Of a DNA stretch of 64,000 bases, positions 53,696 to 64,000 are shown piece by piece; the stretch's first letter is position 1, and every line of letters starts with the position of its first letter. The notes beneath the pieces are model-generated. The model searched no databases and was not told the DNA's origin. It was given only the letters and a program-made list of their open reading frames with translations. Source of the DNA: Auanema rhodensis (lineage: Eukaryota > Animalia > Nematoda); the NCBI GenBank assembly GCA_964057225.1, contig OZ059894.1, forward strand, positions 19,716,001-19,780,000. The letters are read 5' to 3'. A program made the position numbers and the translations under genes.

Positions 53696-56036
53696 AACTT
53701 ATATCAGTTGATATCTCGGTGCATTTTTAAGCTAGCGCAAATCTGATAACACAGATCGACGCAGCTTATAAATCCGCATCGAATGCACTATACTACATTG
53801 AGAAACGCTTAATACAAAAATTAGTTATGATCGTTTGAAAAATGATGCGTTAGTGTATGTTGAGTTTCCATGTACACTCAACATTGCTTCCAAAAACATT
53901 TTGACAAAAATTTTTTCGAAAAATTTCGAAAAAATTTAGCAAAAAGTAGATGTTTTTAGATTCCATTTTTCAAGGCAAAGACGATGGACAATGTTATTCA
54001 ACGAAAAAATTAATTTTTCAGGGTGAAAATCGAGGATATAAGTGTGAACTTATATCAGTTGATATCTCGGTGCATTTTTAAGCTAGCGCAAATCTGATAA
54101 CACAGATCGACGCAGCTTAAAAATCCGCATCGAATGCACTATACTACATTGAGAAACGCTTAATACAAAAATTAGTTATGATCGTTTGAAAAATGATGCA
54201 TTAGTGTATGTTGAGTTTCCATGTACACTCAACATTGCTTCCAAAAACATTTTGACAAAAATTTTTTCGAAAAATTTCAAAATAATTTAGCAAAAAGTAG
54301 ATGTTTTTAGATTCCTTTTTTCAAGGCAAAGACGATGGACAATGTTATTCAACGAAAAAATTAATTCTTCAGGGTGAAAATCGAGGATATAAGTGTGAAC
54401 TTATATCAGTTGATATCTCGGTGCATTTTTAAGCTAGCGCAAATCTGATAACACAGATCGACGCAACTTAAAAATCCGCATCGAATGCACTATACTACAT
54501 TGAGAAACGCTTAATACAAAAATTAGTTATGATCGTTTGAAAAATGATGCATTAGTGTATGTTGAGTTTCCATGTACACTCAACATTGCTTCCAAAAACA
54601 TTTTGACAAAAATTTTTTCGAAAAATTTCAAAATAATTTAGCAAAAAGTAGATGTTTTTAGATTCCTTTTTTCAAGGCAAAGACGATGGACAATGTTATT
54701 CAACGAAAAAATTAATTCTTCAGGGTGAAAATCGAGGATATAAGTGTGAACTTATATCAGTTGAGATCTCGGTGCATTTTTAAGCTAGCGCAAATCTGAT
54801 AACACAGAACGACGCAGCTTAAAAATTCGCATCGAATGCACTATACTACATTGAGAAACGCTTAATACAAAAATTAGTTATGATCGTTTGAAAAATGATG
54901 CATTAGTGTATGTTGAGTTTCCATGTACACTCAACATTGCTTCCAAAAACATTTTGAAAAAAATTTTTTCGAAAAATTTCGAAATAATTTAGCAAAGAGT
55001 AGATGTTTTTAGATTCCATTTTTCAAGGCAAAGACGATGGACAATGTTATTCAACGAAAAAATTAATTCTTCAGGGTGAAAATCGAGGATATAAGTGTGA
55101 ACTTATATCAGTTGAGATCTCGGTGCATTTTTAAGCTAGCGCAAATCTGATAACACAGAACGACGCAGCTTAAAAATTCGCATCGAATGCACTATACTAC
55201 ATTGAGAAACGCTTAATACAAAAATTAGTTATGATCGTTTGAAAAATGATGCATTAGTGTATGTTGAGTTTCCATGTACACTCAACATTGCTTCCAAAAA
55301 CATTTTGAAAAAAATTTTTTCGAAAAATTTCGAAATAATTTAGCAAAGAGTAGATGTTTTTAGATTCCATTTTTCAAGGCAAAGACGATGGACAATGTTA
55401 TTCAACGAAAAAATTAATTCTTCAGGGTGAAAATCGAGGATATAAGTGTGAACTTATATCAGTTGATATCTCGGTGCATTTTTAAGCTAGCGCAAATCTG
55501 ATAACACAGATCGACGCAGCTTAAAAATCCGCATCGAATGCACTATACTACATTGAGAAACGCTTAATACAAAAATTAGTTATGATCGTTTGAAAAATGA
55601 TGCATTAGTGTATGTTGAGTTTCCATGTACACTCAACATTGCTTCCAAAAACATTTTGACAAAAATTTTTTCGAAAAATTTCGAAATAATTTAGCAAAAA
55701 GTAGATGTTTTTAGATTCCTTTTTTCAAGGCAAAGACGATGGACAATGTTATTCAACGAAAAAATTAATTCTTCAGGGTGAAAATCGAGGATATAAGTGT
55801 GAACTTATATCAGTTGATATCTCGGTGCATTTTTAAGCTAGCGCAAATCTGATAACACAGAACGACGCAGCTTAAAAATCCGCATCGAATGCACTATACT
55901 ACATTGAGAAACGCTTAATACAAAAATTAGTTATGATCGTTTGAAAAATGATGCATTAGTGTATGTTGAGTTTCCATGTACACTCAACATTGCTTCCAAA
56001 AACATTTTGACAAAAATTTTTTCGAAAAATTTCAGG

Positions 56037-59000
56037 ATAATTTAGCAAAAAGTAGATGTTTTTAGATTCCATTTTTCAAGGCAAAGACGATGGACAATGT
56101 TATTCAACGAAAAAATTAATTCTTCAGGGTGAAAATCGAGGATATAAGTGTGAACTTATATCAGTTGAGATCTCGGTGCATTTTTAAGCTAGCGCAAATC
56201 TGATAACACAGAACGACGCAGCTTAAAAATTCGCATCGAATGCACTATACTACATTGAGAAACGCTTAATACAAAAATTAGTTATGATCGTTTGAAAAAT
56301 GATGCATTAGTGTATGTTGAGTTTCCATGTACACTCAACATTGCTTCCAAAAACATTTTGACAAAAATTTTTTCGAAAAATTTCAAAATAATTTAGCAAA
56401 AAGTAGATGTTTTTAGATTCCATTTTTCAAGGCAAAGACGATGGACAATGTTATTCAACGAAAAAATTAATTCTTCAGGGTGAAAATCGAGGATATAAGT
56501 GTGAACTTATATCAGTTGATATCTCGGTGCATTTTTAAGCTAGCGCAAATCTGATAACACAGAACGACGCAGCTTAAAAATCCGCATCGAATGCACTATA
56601 CTACATTGAGAAACGCTTAATACAAAAATTAGTTATGATCGTTTGAAAAATGATGCATTAGTGTATGTTGAGTTTCCATGTACACTCAACATTGCTTCCA
56701 AAAACATTTTGACAAAAATTTTTTCGAAAAATTTCAGAATAATTTAGCAAAAAGTAGATGTTTTTAGATTCCATTTTTCAAGGCAAAGACGATGGACAAT
56801 GTTATTCAACGAAAAAATTAATTCTTCAGGGTGAAAATCGAGGATATAAGTGTGAACTTATATCAGTTGAGATCTCGGTGCATTTTTAAGCTAGCGCAAA
56901 TCTGATAACACAGAACGACGCAGCTTAAAAATTCGCATCGAATGCACTATACTACATTGAGAAACGCTTAATACAAAAATTAGTTATGATCGTTTGAAAA
57001 ATGATGCATTAGTGTATGTTGAGTTTCCATGTACACTCAACATTGCTTCCAAAAACATTTTGACAAAAATTTTTTCAAAAAATTTCAGAATAATTTAGCA
57101 AAAAGTAGATGTTTTTAGATTCCATTTTTCAAGGCAAAGACGATGGACAATGTTATTCAACGAAAAAATTAATTCTTCAGGGTGAAAATCGAGGATATAA
57201 GTGTGAACTTATATCAGTTGAGATCTCGGTGCATTTTTAAGCTAGCGCAAATCTGATAACACAGAACGACGCAGCTTAAAAATCCGCATCGAATGCACTA
57301 TACTACATTGAGAAACGCTTAATACAAAAATTAGTTATGATCGTTTGAAAAATGATGCATTAGTGTATGTTGAGTTTCCATGTACACTCAACATTGCTTC
57401 CAAAAACATTTTGACAAAAATTTTTTCGAAAAATTTCAGAATAATTTAGCAAAAAGTAGATGTTTTTAGATTCCTTTTTTCAAGGCAAAGACGATGGACA
57501 ATGTTATTCAACGAAAAAATTAATTCTTCAGGGTGAAAATCGAGGATATAAGTGTGAACTTATATCAGTTGATATCTCGGTGCATTTTTAAGCTAGCGCA
57601 AATCTGATAACACAGAACGACGCAGCTTAAAAATCCGCATCGAATGTACTATACTACATTGAGAAACGCTTAATACAAAAATTAGTTATGATCGTTTGAA
57701 AAATGATGCATTAGTGTATGTTGAGTTTCCATGTACACTCAACATTGCTTCCAAAAACATTTTGACAAAAATTTTTTCGAAAAATTTCAGAATAATTTAG
57801 CAAAAAGTAGATGTTTTTAGATTCCATTTTTCAAGGCAAAGACGATGGACAATGTTATTCAACGAAAAAATTAATTCTTCAGGGTGAAAATCGAGGATAT
57901 AAGTGTGAACTTATATCAGTTGAGATCTCGGTGCATTTTTAAGCTAGCGCAAATCTGATAACACAGAACGACGCAGCTTAAAAATTCGCATCGAATGCAC
58001 TATACTACATTGAGAAACGCTTAATACAAAAATTAGTTATGATCGTTTGAAAAATGATGCATTAGTGTATGTTGAGTTTCCATGTACACTCAACATTGCT
58101 TCCAAAAACATTTTGACAAAAATTTTTTCGAAAAATTTCAAAATAATTTAGCAAAAAGTAGATGTTTTTAGATTCCATTTTTCAAGGCAAAGACGATGGA
58201 CAATGTTATTCAACGAAAAAATTAATTCTTCAGGGTGAAAATCGAGGATATAAGTGTGAACTTATATCAGTTGATATCTCGGTGCATTTTTAAGCTAGCG
58301 CAAATCTGATAACACAGAACGACGCAGCTTAAAAATCCGCATCGAATGCACTATACTACATTGAGAAACGCTTAATACAAAAATTAGTTATGATCGTTTG
58401 AAAAATGATGCATTAGTGTATGTTGAGTTTCCATGTACACTCAACATTGCTTCCAAAAACATTTTGACAAAAATTTTTTCGAAAAATTTCAGAATAATTT
58501 AGCAAAAAGTAGATGTTTTTAGATTCCATTTTTCAAGGCAAAGACGATGGACAATGTTATTCAACGAAAAAATTAATTCTTCAGGGTGAAAATCGAGGAT
58601 ATAAGTGTGAACTTATATCAGTTGAGATCTCGGTGCATTTTTAAGCTAGCGCAAATCTGATAACACAGAACGACGCAGCTTAAAAATTCGCATCGAATGC
58701 ACTATACTACATTGAGAAACGCTTAATACAAAAATTAGTTATGATCGTTTGAAAAATGATGCATTAGTGTATGTTGAGTTTCCATGTACACTCAACATTG
58801 CTTCCAAAAACATTTTGACAAAAATTTTTTCAAAAAATTTCAGAATAATTTAGCAAAAAGTAGATGTTTTTAGATTCCATTTTTCAAGGCAAAGACGATG
58901 GACAATGTTATTCAACGAAAAAATTAATTCTTCAGGGTGAAAATCGAGGATATAAGTGTGAACTTATATCAGTTGAGATCTCGGTGCATTTTTAAGCTAG

Positions 59001-59678
59001 CGCAAATCTGATAACACAGAACGACGCAGCTTAAAAATCCGCATCGAATGCACTATACTACATTGAGAAACGCTTAATACAAAAATTAGTTATGATCGTT
59101 TGAAAAATGATGCATTAGTGTATGTTGAGTTTCCATGTACACTCAACATTGCTTCCAAAAACATTTTGACAAAAATTTTTTCGAAAAATTTCAGAATAAT
59201 TTAGCAAAAAGTAGATGTTTTTAGATTCCTTTTTTCAAGGCAAAGACGATGGACAATGTTATTCAACGAAAAAATTAATTCTTCAGGGTGAAAATCGAGG
59301 ATATAAGTGTGAACTTATATCAGTTGATATCTCGGTGCATTTTTAAGCTAGCGCAAATCTGATAACACAGAACGACGCAGCTTAAAAATCCGCATCGAAT
59401 GTACTATACTACATTGAGAAACGCTTAATACAAAAATTAGTTATGATCGTTTGAAAAATGATGCATTAGTGTATGTTGAGTTTCCATGTACACTCAACAT
59501 TGCTTCCAAAAACATTTTGACAAAAATTTTTTCGAAAAATTTCAGAATAATTTAGCAAAAAGTAGATGTTTTTAGATTCCATTTTTCAAGGCAAAGACGA
59601 TGGACAATGTTATTCAACGAAAAAATTAATTCTTCAGGGTGAAAATCGAGGATATAAGTGTGAACTTATATCAGTTGA
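56037..59678. repeat. Second, independent 5-monomer tandem duplication (1755 bp)
   Basis: TTTTCAAAAA 57077/58832 and AATGTACT 57647/59402 pair at +1755; intervening monomer types match in order. Confidence 0.92.
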
Positions 59679-61417
59679 TATCTCGGTGCATTTTTAAGCT
59701 AGCGCAAATCTGATAACACAGATCGACGCAGCTTAAAAATCCGCATCGAATGCACTATACTACATTGAGAAACGCTTAATACAAAAATTAGTTATGATCG
59801 TTTGAAAAATGATGCGTTAGTGTATGTTGAGTTTCCATGTACACTCAACATTGCTTCCAAAAACATTTTGACAAAAATTTTTTCGAAAAATTTCAAAATA
59901 ATTTAGCAAAAAGTAGATGTTTTTAGATTCCATTTTTTAAGGCAAAGACGATGGACAATGTTATTCAACGAAAAAATTAATTCTTCAGGGTGAAAATCGA
60001 GGATATAAGTGTGAACTTATATCAGTTGATATCTCGGTGCATTTTTAAGCTAGCGCAAATCTGATAACACAGAACGACGCAGCTTAAAAATCCGCATCGA
60101 ATGCACTATACTACATTGAGAAACGCTTAATACAAAAATTAGTTATGATCGTTTGAAAAATGATGCATTAGTGTATGTTGAGTTTCCATGTACACTCAAC
60201 ATTGCTTCCAAAAACATTTTGACAAAAATTTTTTCGAAAAATTTCATAATAATTTAGCAAAAAGTAGATGTTTTTAGATTCCTTTTTTCAAGGCAAAGAC
60301 GATGGACAATGTTATTCAACGAAAAAATTAATTCTTCAGGGTGAAAATCGAGGATATAAGTGTGAACTTATATCAGTTGATATCTCGGTGCATTTTTAAG
60401 CTAGCGCAAATCTGATAACACAGAACGACGCAGCTTAAAAATCCGCATCGAATGCACTATACTACATTGAGAAACGCTTAATACAAAAATTAGTTATGAT
60501 CGTTTGAAAAATGATGCATTAGTGTATGTTGAGTTTCCATGTACACTCAACATTGCTTCCAAAAACATTTTGACAAAAATTTTTTCGAAAAATTTCAGAA
60601 TAATTTAGCAAAAAGTAGATGTTTTTAGATTCCATTTTTCAAGGCAAAGACGATGGACAATGTTATTCAACGAAAAAATTAATTCTTCAGGGTGAAAATC
60701 GAGGATATAAGTGTGAACTTATATCAGTTGATATCTCGGTGCATTTTTAAGCTAGCGCAAATCTGATAACACAGATCGACGCAGCTTAAAAATCCGCATC
60801 GAATGCACTATACTACATTGAGAAACGCTTAATACAAAAATTAGTTATGATCGTTTGAAAAATGATGCGTTAGTGTATGTTGAGTTTCCATGTACACTCA
60901 ACATTGCTTCCAAAAACATTTTGACAAAAATTTTTTCGAAAAATTTCAAAATAATTTAGCAAAAAGTAGATGTTTTTAGATTCCATTTTTTAAGGCAAAG
61001 ACGATGGACAATGTTATTCAACGAAAAAATTAATTCTTCAGGGTGAAAATCGAGGATATAAGTGTGAACTTATATCAGTTGATATCTCGGTGCATTTTTA
61101 AGCTAGCGCAAATCTGATAACACAGAACGACGCAGCTTAAAAATCCGCATCGAATGCACTATACTACATTGAGAAACGCTTAATACAAAAATTAGTTATG
61201 ATCGTTTGAAAATTGATGCATTAGTGTATGTTGAGTTTCCATGTACACTCAACATTGCTTCCAAAAACATTTTGACAAAAATTTTTTCGAAAAATTTCAA
61301 AATAATTTAGCAAAAAGTAGATGTTTTTAGATTCCTTTTTTCAAGGCAAAGACGATGGACAATGTTATTCAACGAAAAAATTAATTCTTCAGGGTGAAAA
61401 TCGAGGATATAAGTGTG

Positions 61418-64000
61418 AACTTATATCAGTTGATATCTCGGTGCATTTTCAAGCTAGCGCAAATCTGATAACACAGATCGACGCAGCTTAAAAATCCGCA
61501 TCGAATGCACTATACTACATTGAGAAACGCTTAATACAAAAATTAGTTATGATCGTTTGAAAAATGATGCATTAGTGTATGTTGAGTTTCCATGTACACT
61601 CAACATTGCTTCCAAAAACATTTTGACAAAAATTTTTTCGAAAAATTTCGAAATAATTTAGCAAAAAGTAGATGTTTTTAGATTCCATTTATCAAGGCAA
61701 AGACGATGGACAATGTTATTCAACGAAAAAATTAATTCTTCAGGGTGAAAATCGAGGATATAAGTGTGAACTTATATCAGTTGATATCTCGGTGCATTTT
61801 TAAGCTAGCGCAAATCTGATAACACAGAACGACGCAGCTTAAAAATCCGCATCGAATGCACTATACTACATTGAGAAACGCTTAATACAAAAATTAGTTA
61901 TGATCGTTTGAAAAATGATGCATTAGTGTATGTTGAGTTTCCATGTACACTCAACATTGCTTCCAAAAACATTTTGACAAAAAATTTTTCGAAAAATTTC
62001 AAAATAATTTAGCAAAAAGTAGATGTTTTTAGATTCCTTTTTTCAAGGCAAAGACGATGGACAATGTTATTCAACGAAAAAATTAATTCTTCAGGGTGAA
62101 AATCGAGGATATAAGTGTGAACTTATATCAGTTGATATCTCGGTGCATTTTCAAGCTAGCGCAAATCTGATAACACAGATCGACGCAGCTTAAAAATCCG
62201 CATCGAATGCACTATACTACATTGAGAAACGCTTAATACAAAAATTAGTTATGATCGTTTGAAAAATGATGCATTAGTGTATGTTGAGTTTCCATGTACA
62301 CTCAACATTGCTTCCAAAAACATTTTGACAAAAATTTTTTCGAAAAATTTCAGAATAATTTAGCAAAAAGTAGATGTTTTTAGATTCCATTTTTCAAGGC
62401 AAAGACGATGGACAATGTTATTCAACGAAAAAATTAATTCTTCAGGGTGAAAATCGAGGATATAAGTGTGAACTTATATCAGTTGAGATCTCGGTGCATT
62501 TTTAAGCTAGCGCAAATCTGATAACACAGAACGACGCAGCTTAAAAATCCGCATCGAATGCACTATACTACATTGAGAAACGCTTAATACAAAAATTAGT
62601 TATGATCGTTTGAAAAATGATGCATTAGTGTATGTTGAGTTTCCATGTACACTCAACATTGCTTCCAAAAACATTTTGACAAAAATTTTTTCGAAAAATT
62701 TCAAAATAATTTAGCAAAAAGTAGATGTTTTTAGATTCCTTTTTTCAAGGCAAAGACGATGGACAATGTTATTCAACGAAAAAATTAATTCTTCAGGGTG
62801 AAAATCGAGGATATAAGTGTGAACTTATATCAGTTGATATCTCGGTGCATTTTCAAGCTAGCGCAAATCTGATAACACAGATCGACGCAGCTTAAAAATC
62901 CGCATCGAATGCACTATACTACATTGAGAAACGCTTAATACAAAAATTAGTTATGATCGTTTGAAAAATGATGCATTAGTGTATGTTGAGTTTCCATGTA
63001 CACTCAACATTGCTTCCAAAAACATTTTGACAAAAATTTTTTCGAAAAATTTCGAAATAATTTAGCAAAAAGTAGATGTTTTTAGATTCCATTTTTCAAG
63101 GCAAAGACGATGGACAATGTTATTCAACGAAAAAATTAATTCTTCAGGGTGAAAATCGAGGATATAAGTGTGAACTTATATCAGTTGATATCTCGGTGCA
63201 TTTTTAAGCTAGCGCAAATCTGATAACACAGAACGACGCAGCTTAAAAATCCGCATCGAATGCACTATACTACATTGAGAAACGCTTAATACAAAAATTA
63301 GTTATGATCGTTTGAAAAATGATGCATTAGTGTATGTTGAGTTTCCATGTACACTCAACATTGCTTCCAAAAACATTTTGACAAAAAATTTTTCGAAAAA
63401 TTTCAAAATAATTTAGCAAAAAGTAGATGTTTTTAGATTCCTTTTTTCAAGGCAAAGACGATGGACAATGTTATTCAACGAAAAAATTAATTCTTCAGGG
63501 TGAAAATCGAGGATATAAGTGTGAACTTATATCAGTTGATATCTCGGTGCATTTTCAAGCTAGCGGAAATCTGATAACACAGATCGACGCAGCTTAAAAA
63601 TCCGCATCGAATGCACTATACTACATTGAGAAACGCTTAATACAAAAATTAGTTATGATCGTTTGAAAAATGATGCATTAGTGTATGTTGAGTTTCCATG
63701 TACACTCAACATTGCTTCCAAAAACATTTTGACAAAAATTTTTTCGAAAAATTTCAGAATAATTTAGCAAAAAGTAGATGTTTTTAGATTCCATTTTTCA
63801 AGGCAAAGACGATGGACAATGTTATTCAACGAAAAAATTAATTCTTCAGGGTGAAAATCGAGGATATAAGTGTGAACTTATATCAGTTGAGATCTCGGTG
63901 CATTTTTAAGCTAGCGCAAATCTGATAACACAGAACGACGCAGCTTAAAAATCCGCATCGAATGCACTATACTACATTGAGAAACGCTTAATACAAAAAT
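61418..64000. repeat. 4-monomer higher-order repeat (1404 bp) built from dimers, continuing off the window
   Basis: T33C recurs every 702 bp (61450, 62152, 62854, 63556). The ACAAAAAATTTTT variant is at 61984/63388 and GAGATC monomers start at 62471/63875, both +1404. Confidence 0.9.

Larger units (their letters stand above)
1..64000. repeat. Tandem satellite DNA array, 351-bp monomer, 182 full copies plus a partial copy, all in the same orientation; no array boundary within the window
   Basis: AA(C/T)TTATATCAGTTGA recurs at 1, 352, 703, 1054, 1405, 1755 ... 4561, 8421, 15441, 22461, 31934 ... 63875. Spacings are explained by 351-bp units plus four 1-bp and two 2-bp deletions. No non-satellite sequence seen. 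Confidence 0.99.

Noticed and set aside
1-64000. CRISPR array or repeat-spacer system
   Set aside because: The entire 351-bp unit repeats; there are no unique spacers or variable cassettes, and no cas or reverse-transcriptase genes.
1-64000. Combinatorial SNP patterns acting as an information code or programmed diversification
   Set aside because: The patterns are explained by nested tandem duplication and in-register recombination; nothing requires a directed mechanism.

Overview
The whole 64-kb window is one uninterrupted, head-to-tail, single-orientation tandem satellite. It has 182 complete copies of a 351-bp AT-rich monomer (about 31% GC by my count) plus a 126-bp partial copy at 63875-64000. 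Copies differ at only a few positions. The only length variants are four 350-bp monomers (starting 1405, 2457, 3158, 6667) and two 349-bp monomers (24567, 31585). I see no genes, RNA genes, CRISPR array, transposon insertion or inversion. The three 63-aa ORFs are chance products of one TAG>AAG substitution in three related monomers. Structure exists at two scales. (1) Each monomer carries four inverted repeats, including a ~67-nt fold-back and a 9-bp GTGA-loop hairpin. (2) Diagnostic SNPs reveal nested higher-order repeats (2-, 3-, 4-, 5-, 7- and 20-mers) with chimeric junction monomers and spatially layered haplotypes. This is most consistent with a recently homogenised (peri)centromeric or heterochromatic satellite of a eukaryote with little CpG decay; both host and function are inferences. 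I found no evidence of a novel protein-coding system. Monomer positions (pos) are numbered from the window's first base, an arbitrary phase.
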